46,266 bases of DNA from a virus: the IMG/VR virus record IMGVR_UViG_3300033145_003126, positions 1 to 46,266 of that record; one strand, 5' to 3'. The notes under the pieces are model-generated. The model saw nothing but the letters and a program-made list of their open reading frames with translations. It made no database searches and had not been told where the DNA came from. Below, in pieces: positions 25,677 through 33,800 of this stretch (position 1 is its first letter; each line of letters begins with the position of its first letter). The position numbers were made by a program, and so were the translations under genes.

Positions 25677-25889
25677 ATGAAAAAGATGATCATTGAAGTC
25701 ATAATAGTGGGCTTTATAGCATTATTATCAATAATTCCTATTGCCTATTATTTATCTCACACCCCCAAAGTCCTCTGGTCTTATACTCAAGACAAATGCA
25801 TCAAAATGATAGTAATTGAAAATGGTAAAGAAGTCATAAAAGATTGTTCTGATATCCCTGAAAGATATGAAAGGATATGGGTGAAATAA
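25677..25889 (+). CDS. Small membrane-anchored protein
   Basis: MKKMIIEVIIVGFIALLSIIPIAYYL forms an N-terminal TM. I placed the start at ATG 25677 rather than the GTG at 25647. Confidence 0.5.
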   Translation: MKKMIIEVIIVGFIALLSIIPIAYYLSHTPKVLWSYTQDKCIKMIVIENGKEVIKDCSDIPERYERIWVK

Positions 25890-26080
25890 TGGGATATTAT
25901 GCATATTGTGATAGGTGTGGAGAAGGAATAAAAAAACCAGAATTTCATGATTTAAGACAAGGATATGTTGAATGCTGGCATTGTGGGGAACAATGGGATC
26001 ATATAGATAAAATTGATTCTCTTTTTGATCTCATAGAAGATTTACAAGAACAAATTAATAATTTGAAAGGAGAAAAATAA
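25877..26080 (+). CDS. Small zinc-ribbon protein (alternative start 25889)
   Basis: CDRCG...CWHCG gives two CxxC pairs, followed by a C-terminal coiled coil. Confidence 0.55.
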   Translation: MGEIMGYYAYCDRCGEGIKKPEFHDLRQGYVECWHCGEQWDHIDKIDSLFDLIEDLQEQINNLKGEK

Positions 26081-26898
26081 TGGCACAGTTACCAATAGAC
26101 ACCAGATTGAAGACTGAACAGGCAATTGAAGATGGGCTCATTGTTCAAGATTTCAGGCCATATTTAGGCATATCAGGTATAGGAGAAAAATGCCCCAGGA
26201 GCTTGTTCTATGGCTTTCGGATGTGCTCTGTGAAGACTATAACCCAAAGAGTTGCCAGGCTGTTCCAGAGAGGGCACCAGGAAGAACCAATCATCCAGGC
26301 AGACCTTAGAAGGATAGGCATTTGGCACCATGATGACCAGAAAGAGGTAGTTACAGGTCATGGCCACATTAAGGGGCATATTGATGACCTATTAGATTTT
26401 GTCCCAGATGCTCCTAAAACCACTCACCTTGGGGAGTATAAGACCCATAATGATAAAAGCTTCAAAGCTCTAAAGAAACAAGGCATGCTGAAAAGTAAAC
26501 CAACCCATTATGCTCAAATGATCTGCTATATGGATGAATTAGAACTGAAAAGAGGACTTTATATAGCAGTCAACAAAAATGATGATGAAAGATACTATGA
26601 ACGGGTATCAGCCAACCCGGAAAAGGCCAAAGAACTTATCCAGAGAGGTGTTGATATAATAGGCTCAGAAGTCCCTCCAACCAAAATGGCAAGCTCTACA
26701 TGGTTTGAGTGTAAGTGGTGTGACCATTATGAAGTCTGCCATTTCGGGGCCATTCCTCTGAAGAATTGTAGAACCTGCCAAAATGGAGATATCCATGATC
26801 ATGGTATTTGGGCCTGTGGTCGGCATGATATAAATTTATCATTTGAGCAGCAGAAATTGGGCTGTAAATATTATGATCTATTAGGTACACTAAAATGA
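26080..26898 (+). CDS. Cas4 / RecB-family PD-(D/E)XK exonuclease with 4-Cys Fe-S cluster
   Basis: An N-terminal Cys in GEKCPRSLFY, the nuclease motif IDDLLDF...GEYKTHN, and the C-terminal CKWCDHYEVC (CxxCx5C), with an extra Cys-rich tail. Confidence 0.8.
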   Translation: MAQLPIDTRLKTEQAIEDGLIVQDFRPYLGISGIGEKCPRSLFYGFRMCSVKTITQRVARLFQRGHQEEPIIQADLRRIGIWHHDDQKEVVTGHGHIKGHIDDLLDFVPDAPKTTHLGEYKTHNDKSFKALKKQGMLKSKPTHYAQMICYMDELELKRGLYIAVNKNDDERYYERVSANPEKAKELIQRGVDIIGSEVPPTKMASSTWFECKWCDHYEVCHFGAIPLKNCRTCQNGDIHDHGIWACGRHDINLSFEQQKLGCKYYDLLGTLK

Positions 26899-28436
26899 TT
26901 AAACTTAGAGATTATCAGCAGGAAGCCATCCAGGCCATATTCAAATACTTTTATTCTGGCAAGACAGGCAACCCGCTGGTTGTAGCTCCAACAGGATCAG
27001 GCAAAACCATCATTATCAGCGGTCTTTGTAAGCATGTATCTGATAATTGGCCTGGACAGCGTATTCTTATTGTTAGCCATGTTAAAGAAATATTAAGGCA
27101 GAACTATGAGGCCATGAAGAAACACCTTGTAAACAAAGAGATAGGGCTGTATAGTGCTGGTTTAAATAGTAAGACATTACAGGATATAACTATCGCAGGG
27201 ATCCAGTCGATATATAATAAGCCTGAATTATTTGATAACTTTGATATTATTATAGTGGATGAAGCTCACACTATCCCTCATACAAAAAATGGTATGTATC
27301 ATAAATTTTTTAAGCAGGTAGAAAAGCCAGTAATTGGTTTCACTGCTACTCCTTTCAGACTTGGAACAGGGTATCTTCATCAAGGCTTAGGAGCATTTTT
27401 TGATGATATAGTTTATACCATACCTATCAAGAAGCTACAAGATGCTGGTTATCTTTGCAAGCTATCTTCAAAGGGCACCAAGAAAAGGCTTGATGCTACT
27501 GATATGAGGAAGCAAGCTGGGGATTATATCCTGAAAGAATTATCCATTGCTTTTGATAGAGAAGCAATCACCACTGATATTGTTAAGGAGCTTTTGAACT
27601 ACAGATTGCTGAGGAAGAAATGGCTGTTATTTGCCATAGATATATCTCACTGTAATAATATCTGTCAGGAGTTAGATTCTGCTGGGATAAAGGTCAGGGT
27701 TGTTCACTCTAAACTCTCCAATCAGCAGAGAGATGAAAATATTGAAGCCTTTAAAAAGGGGCACATTCAAGCTCTGGTGTCAGTAGCAGTTCTGACAGTA
27801 GGCTTTGATGCCCCGGATGTAGACTTGATTGGCCTTCTCAGGCCTACTGCCAGCCCAGTTCTTCATGTCCAGATTATTGGCAGAGGGCTCAGACCTTTTC
27901 CTGGCAAAGATGATTGCCTCATATTAGATTTTGCTGGCAACTTGAGAAGAAATGGCCCGATTGATGCTCCAGTTATAAAAGTGAAAGGCAAAGGGACTGG
28001 AGAAGCTATAATGAAAGAATGTAATAATTGTTATGAAATAGTTCATGCTGCTGTAAGGATTTGCCCTTGCTGTAATAAAGCCTTTGAATTCAGGCATAAA
28101 CTCTCCAGCAAGTACTCCACAAAAGAGATAACTGCTTCAGTGAATTGGCATACTGTAGATGAAGTGAAGTACTTCAGGTATGTAGGAGCAAAAAAAATCC
28201 CTATGCTGAAAGTGAGATACTCCTGTGGGCTCAGGACTTTCAATGAATATGTCTGCTTAGAACATTCTGGATATGCCCAGCACAAGGCCCATCATTGGTG
28301 GAGAAGAAGAAGCAGAGAAGCTTCTCCAGACACCTCTCAGCAGGCATTAGAGCTTGTTCATACATTAGAGAAACCCAAAGAGATATTAGTTCATGAGGGT
28401 GGAAAATTTCCCACAATACAAGATCAAAAATTCTAA
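26895..28436 (+). CDS. Superfamily 2 DEAD/DEAH-box helicase
   Basis: Motif I VAPTGSGKT, motif II IIVDEAHT, motif III FTATP and motif VI QIIGRGLR, plus a C-terminal Zn-finger CNNCYEIV...CPCC. Confidence 0.85.
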   Translation: MIKLRDYQQEAIQAIFKYFYSGKTGNPLVVAPTGSGKTIIISGLCKHVSDNWPGQRILIVSHVKEILRQNYEAMKKHLVNKEIGLYSAGLNSKTLQDITIAGIQSIYNKPELFDNFDIIIVDEAHTIPHTKNGMYHKFFKQVEKPVIGFTATPFRLGTGYLHQGLGAFFDDIVYTIPIKKLQDAGYLCKLSSKGTKKRLDATDMRKQAGDYILKELSIAFDREAITTDIVKELLNYRLLRKKWLLFAIDISHCNNICQELDSAGIKVRVVHSKLSNQQRDENIEAFKKGHIQALVSVAVLTVGFDAPDVDLIGLLRPTASPVLHVQIIGRGLRPFPGKDDCLILDFAGNLRRNGPIDAPVIKVKGKGTGEAIMKECNNCYEIVHAAVRICPCCNKAFEFRHKLSSKYSTKEITASVNWHTVDEVKYFRYVGAKKIPMLKVRYSCGLRTFNEYVCLEHSGYAQHKAHHWWRRRSREASPDTSQQALELVHTLEKPKEILVHEGGKFPTIQDQKF

Positions 28437-28445
28437 GGAGAAAAA

Positions 28446-29378
28446 ATGAAAGATAAAATGATAATAATAGGGGCAGGAATGTCTGGCCTTTTGGCAGGAG
28501 CTTTGAACCCTGGAGCTACCATCCTTGAGGCTGGCCCAGATAAGGAGTTGAATCATAAAGCATTATTCAGGTGCAAAACTCCCCAGATTGGTCAACTGCT
28601 TGGCCTACCTTTTAAAGAAGTAAAAGTCCAAAAAGCAATCTGGCTTGATGGAATAGAAGTCCAGCCAACTCCCCGGATAATCCATATGTATTCTCAAAAG
28701 GTCTCTGGGACTATATCTGCCAGAAGTATATTTGATATCACTTCTGGTGCCAGATATCTTCCTCCAGACAACTTTTTTGATAGACTCAAAGAAAGATGCA
28801 ATATCAGGTATGATTCTCCTTTTGATCTAAGTTACCTATATAAAAATAGTTTCAAAGAGATTATTATATCAACTATCCCTTTGCCAAAGATGGTATCTAA
28901 ATATGGTCTATTCTGTGAAAGTGCATTCAGAAGTAAAACCATACACATAGTCCGTATGGTGATACCTGATTGTGATTCTCACTGTACCATTTATTATCCA
29001 GACCCAGCATTCTCTGCATACAGAGCCAGTCTTACTGGCAACATCCTGACAATAGAAGGTATGAAAAAAATCCAAACTCCTGATATAGAAGAGATAAGAG
29101 TGTCTATGGGGCTGCTATATTCTTCATTCCCAAAAATAAAAGATATGAAAGTCTACAGGCAGAAGCAGGGCAAAATACTTCCAATAAATGAAAGGGAGCG
29201 AACCAGCCTCATCACCCAATTAACTTTATCACATAGGATTTATTCTCTTGGAAGGTTTGCTACCTGGAGGCCAAAAGTGATGCTGGATGATGTGATGGAA
29301 GATATTTTTGTAATTAGAAGGCTTATTGAAGAAGGCAATTATGGAAGTTTAAAACACAGACAAGGAGAAAAATCATGA
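28446..29378 (+). CDS. FAD/NAD(P)-binding Rossmann flavoenzyme (UDP-galactopyranose-mutase / amine-oxidase-like, tentative)
   Basis: An N-terminal IIIGAGMSGLLAG (GxGxxG). The C-terminal LGRFATWRPKVMLDDVMEDI recalls the GRLaxYkYxdMD end of UDP-galactopyranose mutases. At 310 aa it is shorter than typical mutases. Confidence 0.45.
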   Translation: MKDKMIIIGAGMSGLLAGALNPGATILEAGPDKELNHKALFRCKTPQIGQLLGLPFKEVKVQKAIWLDGIEVQPTPRIIHMYSQKVSGTISARSIFDITSGARYLPPDNFFDRLKERCNIRYDSPFDLSYLYKNSFKEIIISTIPLPKMVSKYGLFCESAFRSKTIHIVRMVIPDCDSHCTIYYPDPAFSAYRASLTGNILTIEGMKKIQTPDIEEIRVSMGLLYSSFPKIKDMKVYRQKQGKILPINERERTSLITQLTLSHRIYSLGRFATWRPKVMLDDVMEDIFVIRRLIEEGNYGSLKHRQGEKS

Positions 29379-30214
29379 TATTATCAATTAATCTTCCCAC
29401 TAATAATCCAAACAATTATTTTAATATTCTGGAGCCAAGCCTTATCAATTTAGAGTCTTTATTGGATTTCTGTGCTGTCCAATTCTCTTTTGTATTCCAG
29501 ACTCCTTGGACACTTGGAGAGATAAACAGAGCAGAGAAAAAATTAATTAGTAAAGGCTTTGAAATCCAAGAAGGTGTTGCTCTTGCAGTAAAGAATCCAT
29601 CTATGACTTGCCTGAGAAATATAGGCATAATGAATTCTCCAAAAGCAGATTATTATTTGATTGCTGATGATAATTTTGAATTTAGAAGTGGCACCCCTAA
29701 ATATCCTTATGATAGTGGGATAAGATATTCCCAATGCTTACAGTATTTGAATGAATATCCTAACTGTGGTTTTGTTATGTGTGAAGGAAGTCTGGGGGGA
29801 TCAGTGCAAAAAATGAAAATAAGCTCAACAAAAGTGGGACTATTTGCAACCACTCGTGGTTTGATATTAAGGAATATTGGCCCCAAAAAAATTTATAGGC
29901 AAACCTCTCATCTTCTGGGTGGTCTTGAAGAATCAGTGGCCTGTTATCACATAATGGAAAAAGGCTTTTTTCCAGCAAAACAATTCAATAACCCCACTAT
30001 TAATAAGGATATGAAAAAACCAAATTGTGGGAATTTTATCCATGATGAAGAAGTTTGGGAAGAAAATTGTGCAAAATATATCAAAGAAAGATATAATGAT
30101 CTGGATTGGTCATACCAGAAAAAGAAATTGCCAAAAGGACTTATAAAATGCTTCACAGCAAATGGGGGAAGTAAAGAAATATTAAAAAACAGGATTTTTG
30201 AAATGGATTTTTAA
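29375..30214 (+). CDS. GT-A fold glycosyltransferase-like protein
   Basis: The N-terminal MILSINLPTNNPNNYF..L.PSL.NL resembles the GT2 opening strand. YYLIADDNFEF supplies a DxD-type acidic motif. ATGA overlap with the flavoenzyme gene. Confidence 0.45.
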   Translation: MILSINLPTNNPNNYFNILEPSLINLESLLDFCAVQFSFVFQTPWTLGEINRAEKKLISKGFEIQEGVALAVKNPSMTCLRNIGIMNSPKADYYLIADDNFEFRSGTPKYPYDSGIRYSQCLQYLNEYPNCGFVMCEGSLGGSVQKMKISSTKVGLFATTRGLILRNIGPKKIYRQTSHLLGGLEESVACYHIMEKGFFPAKQFNNPTINKDMKKPNCGNFIHDEEVWEENCAKYIKERYNDLDWSYQKKKLPKGLIKCFTANGGSKEILKNRIFEMDF

Positions 30215-30227
30215 AAGGAGAAAAATC

Positions 30228-30995
30228 ATGACAAACAAAGATGCAGCAGAAGTAAAATTGATTGATGCTACTAACTATGCCCTTGAGGTTCTTATCTATA
30301 CCAAAAGTGGAAGGCTTGCCACAGGAACCACTTTAGATGAGATCAAATATGACTGGGACTATTCCAAAAAGCTGGAACACTTATCATATATGATGGATAC
30401 TATCAAAAGTTCATTTGAATTTGTAGATTATATTTTTGAAATTAAAAATGTATCCAGAGCTTTCACCCATCAGTTGGTTAGGACAAGAACAGCCTCATTC
30501 CAGCAGCAATCTCAGCGGACAGTTGATGCCAGGAATTTTACCTATATGAAGTCTACAGATCATCCTGGTTATGAAAAGGCATTTGAACTGAGCCTTGAAG
30601 AATATGGGAAGATGTTAGATTCTGGAGTGCCAGTCCAAGATGCCCGTGGAGTACTTGGAACAGGAATCCACACCAGTATTTTTGTCAAAGGCAACCTCAG
30701 AACTTTATCAAATATGGCAGAACTCCGCTTGTGCAAAAGGGCAGAAGGGGAGTACCAATCTGTGTTTAAGAAGATGATTGAGCTGGTATTAGATATCCAT
30801 CCCTGGGCCAAACCTCTCTTGACCTGTTATTGTGTAAGAACTGGAATCTGTTATTTCCCTCGATATGACAAATGCCCAGTCCAAAGATATACCATGAAAA
30901 TTTCTTCAGAGTATAAAATGCGTATTGAAGAGGTTTGGGCTGATACAGATCATGTGGCCAATCCCAAGACAAATACAGATGGGATGACCATGTAG
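30228..30995 (+). CDS. thyX: Flavin-dependent thymidylate synthase ThyX homologue (variant RTR(X)7S motif, Cys-rich C-terminal extension)
   Basis: NVSRAFTHQLVRTRTASFQQQSQR and DARGVLGTGIHTSIFVKGNLRTLSNMAELRLCKRAEGEYQ fit ThyX. I trimmed the start to MTNKD (RBS AAAAGGAG). Confidence 0.8.
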   Translation: MTNKDAAEVKLIDATNYALEVLIYTKSGRLATGTTLDEIKYDWDYSKKLEHLSYMMDTIKSSFEFVDYIFEIKNVSRAFTHQLVRTRTASFQQQSQRTVDARNFTYMKSTDHPGYEKAFELSLEEYGKMLDSGVPVQDARGVLGTGIHTSIFVKGNLRTLSNMAELRLCKRAEGEYQSVFKKMIELVLDIHPWAKPLLTCYCVRTGICYFPRYDKCPVQRYTMKISSEYKMRIEEVWADTDHVANPKTNTDGMTM

Positions 30996-31021
30996 GCCTG
31001 TTTTAAATTTTACTCACATAG

Positions 31022-31043
31022 TACTATTCAAAATTAATTTAAA
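31022..31043 (+). repeat. 22-bp element TACTATTCAAAATTAATTTAAA, copy 1
   Basis: An exact second copy lies at 38573-38594. Both lie just downstream of plus-strand stop codons. Confidence 0.9.
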
Positions 31044-31075
31044 CCCTATATACAAAGAATAAGGAGTGATAAACA

Positions 31076-31837
31076 ATGAAAAAACCTAAATGCATTATAG
31101 TAGACTTAGAAGGAACCTTGACAAATTGTAACCATAGAATAAAATATTGGCTGAATAAAGATTATGATAAATGGAATGAACTTTTTTCTGCTGATACAAT
31201 TAATGAGAATATGGTGGATATAATAAAGGATAAGCTGGAGGAAGGTTATAGTTTGGTGATGAGCACAGCAAAATCAATATCTAAAAAAGATGAAGTGCTG
31301 AGCTGGTTAAGGAGACACAATTTGCAAATCTGGTTCAGTGATATATTTTATAGGCTTTATGGGGATGATAGGCCAAGCCCAGAAATAAAATCAGATATAT
31401 TAAAAAAAATTCGGGAAAAATATTCTGTTGAAATAGCTTATGATGATAGAGAAGATATCTGTGAGATGTATGTTTCTCAAGGGGTGCATCATGTTGTAAG
31501 AATAAATCAGAATCCTGCTGAGCCTGAGTTTCCTATTGGTACCCCTGCTGATATTCTCAGGGAAGCAGCATCAACCTTTGAAAGCAAGAATGAAGAATAT
31601 GGTGATGGGTGGAAAAAATTTGGGGCAATCATGATGTCCCTTTTCCCTACTGGTCTGGAATTAAAAACTGAAGAAGATTTCAGTCGATTTGCTATCCTGA
31701 ATATTATGGTGGCAAAGTTGGACAGATATTGTAAGAATTTTAACAAGGGTGGCCATCCTGATAGCCTGATTGATCTGTCAGTTTATTCTGCTATGCTATT
31801 AACTTTGGATAAGGAGGGGAGTAATGATTCCAATTAA
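31076..31837 (+). CDS. Fusion of an HAD-type phosphatase domain and an all-alpha nucleotide-(pyro)phosphohydrolase-like domain
   Basis: The N-terminal part has IIVDLEGTL (HAD motif I with Glu in place of the second Asp) and ..STAKS..WLRRHNL...LYGDDRPSPEIKSDIL, as in phage PNK-type phosphatases. The C-terminal part has KNEEYGDGW...VAKLDRY...HPDSLIDLSVYS, recalling MazG / DUF1599-type helical domains. Confidence 0.5.
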   Translation: MKKPKCIIVDLEGTLTNCNHRIKYWLNKDYDKWNELFSADTINENMVDIIKDKLEEGYSLVMSTAKSISKKDEVLSWLRRHNLQIWFSDIFYRLYGDDRPSPEIKSDILKKIREKYSVEIAYDDREDICEMYVSQGVHHVVRINQNPAEPEFPIGTPADILREAASTFESKNEEYGDGWKKFGAIMMSLFPTGLELKTEEDFSRFAILNIMVAKLDRYCKNFNKGGHPDSLIDLSVYSAMLLTLDKEGSNDSN

Positions 31838-32762
31838 AAGACAGAATAAAATATTGAGATATGCAAACCGGGTAGGAAAAAATTCTGATCCTGTATCTAT
31901 TCAGGCATCAATTACAGATTATTGCTTCAACAAATGTGCTATGTGCAACCACCACAAGCGGGCAAGAAAAAAGATATTGAATTGTGAAGATTGGATAAAT
32001 TTTTTAAATAGCCACCCAAAAATTGAATCTGTGTGTTATGCAGGAGGTGATCCTTTTACCAATCCATATATAAATAAGATAATGGAGCACCATAAGGAAT
32101 CAGGGCAAGCATTTGGCTTTATATGCTGTGGATTCATCCCTGACAAAGTTGATATGGATCTGCTGGAAATGGCAAGGTGGGTCAGAGTGAGCTTAGACAG
32201 TATTAACCCTGATGCTTATGCCTGCCAAAGAGGAGGGTTGCCTCTTGATTTAGTACTTTCCTCTATTAATAGCATGATTGAAGCATCAGTAAATGTTGAG
32301 TTGACTATAACTGTCACAGATATTAATTGTGGAGACATAAAAGAATTGATTGATTATGCAGCAGAGAATGGCTTATGTGGGGATATTCATCCTGCTTATG
32401 GAACCACTTTTGCTAAACTTGGGGTCAGCTGGATAAAACAATACTGTGAAGATATAAAAGAGAATGTAATTTTATCTCCATACTCCCATGGAGATTTTTA
32501 TTTTCAGGACTGTTATGCCCCCTATTACCAATTATATATAGATGCCAATGGGGATATATATCCCTGCTGTACTGCTGGGGGAGATACAGAAAAAGCCCCA
32601 CGAATGCACCCAATAGGATCAATTTATGATTGGGATACATTTCTAAAAAATAGAAAAAAATTCACAGGAGATCAACCATTCTGTCAATTTTGTCTTGACC
32701 GTTTTGGAATGATAAATAAGACAATTGAAGATAACTCCCCTTTTATCAAATCTTTTTTCTAA
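31824..32762 (+). CDS. Radical SAM enzyme with SPASM/twitch-like C-terminal Cys domain
   Basis: CFNKCAMC (CxxxCxxC) and GGDPFTNP. The C-terminal part has DCYAPYYQLYIDANGDIYPCC and CQFC. A strong RBS (AAGGAGGGGAG) is present, with a 14-nt overlap with the upstream gene. Confidence 0.8.
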   Translation: MIPIKRQNKILRYANRVGKNSDPVSIQASITDYCFNKCAMCNHHKRARKKILNCEDWINFLNSHPKIESVCYAGGDPFTNPYINKIMEHHKESGQAFGFICCGFIPDKVDMDLLEMARWVRVSLDSINPDAYACQRGGLPLDLVLSSINSMIEASVNVELTITVTDINCGDIKELIDYAAENGLCGDIHPAYGTTFAKLGVSWIKQYCEDIKENVILSPYSHGDFYFQDCYAPYYQLYIDANGDIYPCCTAGGDTEKAPRMHPIGSIYDWDTFLKNRKKFTGDQPFCQFCLDRFGMINKTIEDNSPFIKSFF

Positions 32763-32770
32763 GGAGTGAT

Positions 32771-33301
32771 ATGTATACAATATTTGATCAAGAAACTACA
32801 GGGCTGTTAAAGGCCAAGGGCTCAGATATACTTCACCAGCCTCATGTGACAGAATTTTATGCCATGCAGGTAAATGAAAAAGGGGAGTTAGTAAAAGAAT
32901 TTGAGTCCTTGGTCAAGCCACCTATTCCCATTCCTGCCTTCCTTGAGAAGCAGATAGGGGTCACTAACCAGATGGTGGCAAATGCTCCCCACTTCATTGA
33001 GATTTATAAAGAAATCATTAATGTATTCTTTGGGTCTCATACTGTTATTGCTCATAATCTTTCCTTTGATGAAGGTGTTTTAATTTATGAGCTGAAGAGA
33101 ATAGGCAAGGAATATCACTTCCCATACCCTCCAATTAAATTCTGTACAGTGGAGCAATCTATGTACATTAAGGGATACCGCTTGAAGAACTCTGAGCTAT
33201 ATGAATTGGCCACTGGGGAAGTTATGGTGGGTGCTCATAGGGCCAAAGTAGATGTTCTTGCTACATATGAATCTTATAAATGGTTAAAGGGGCAGAAATG
33301 A
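32771..33301 (+). CDS. DEDDh 3'-5' exonuclease (DnaQ / Pol III epsilon-like)
   Basis: ExoI IFDQETTGL, ExoII IAHNLSFDEGVL and ExoIII HRAKVDVLA. Confidence 0.85.
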   Translation: MYTIFDQETTGLLKAKGSDILHQPHVTEFYAMQVNEKGELVKEFESLVKPPIPIPAFLEKQIGVTNQMVANAPHFIEIYKEIINVFFGSHTVIAHNLSFDEGVLIYELKRIGKEYHFPYPPIKFCTVEQSMYIKGYRLKNSELYELATGEVMVGAHRAKVDVLATYESYKWLKGQK

Positions 33302-33444
33302 ATAAATTCAGATCACTTCTTTATCTTCTTGCTAAATTATTAGGGGATGCCAATGCAATTCACAAGAATAAAATTGGGAAGAGAATTGGCAGAAGATTGG
33401 CAGGAAGAGTAACAGGCAAATTTTTAGGGAGGTTTTTCAGATGA
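33298..33444 (+). CDS. 48-aa arginine/lysine-rich micro-protein
   Basis: My translation is MNKFRSLLYLLAKLLGDANAIHKNKIGKRIGRRLAGRVTGKFLGRFFR. There are ATGA overlaps at both ends (33298 and 33441). It is below the track cutoff. Confidence 0.5.
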   Translation: MNKFRSLLYLLAKLLGDANAIHKNKIGKRIGRRLAGRVTGKFLGRFFR

Positions 33445-33800
33445 CAAAATGTCCATATTGTGGGAGAAAAGCAAAGCTGGTTGATGGGAGTTATTTTCAT
33501 CCAAATACCAAGTATATTGACAAAAACTATTTTGTTTGTCCTGGCTGTGATGCTCATGTAGGATGCCACAGAGGAACATCCATTCCATTAGGTACTCTGG
33601 CAAATGCAGAACTCAGAAAAAAAAGAATATTATTACACCAAACATTTGACTTATCCTGGAAATATTCTAAAGCATTGACCAGAAGGCAATCATATATAAG
33701 TCTGTCCATAAAATTAAACATACCATTAGCCAAGTGTCATATTGCTCTGTTTGATTTAGATATGTGTGATAAAGCTATGGAGGCATTGCTATGTGGTTGA
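33441..33800 (+). CDS. Zinc-finger protein (DUF3268-like pattern)
   Basis: CPYCG...CPGCDAHVGCHRGT..PLGTLANAELRKKR..H and ..CHIALFD. Confidence 0.6.
   Translation: MTKCPYCGRKAKLVDGSYFHPNTKYIDKNYFVCPGCDAHVGCHRGTSIPLGTLANAELRKKRILLHQTFDLSWKYSKALTRRQSYISLSIKLNIPLAKCHIALFDLDMCDKAMEALLCG

Noticed and set aside
28446-30214. Flavoenzyme plus glycosyltransferase as a straightforward O-antigen / serotype-conversion moron
   Set aside because: Not fully rejected, and kept as the main alternative. It is downgraded because the genes are translationally coupled inside the replication operon next to ThyX, a nucleotide hydrolase-type fusion and a radical-SAM enzyme. There are also no membrane flippase or acyltransferase partners and no lysogeny functions.
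31824-32762. Radical SAM gene as QueE of a 7-deazaguanine (archaeosine/queuosine-type) DNA modification pathway
   Set aside because: No FolE, QueD, QueC, or DpdA/TGT-like genes are present anywhere in the genome. The protein is longer than QueE and has a SPASM/twitch-like C-terminal Cys domain.
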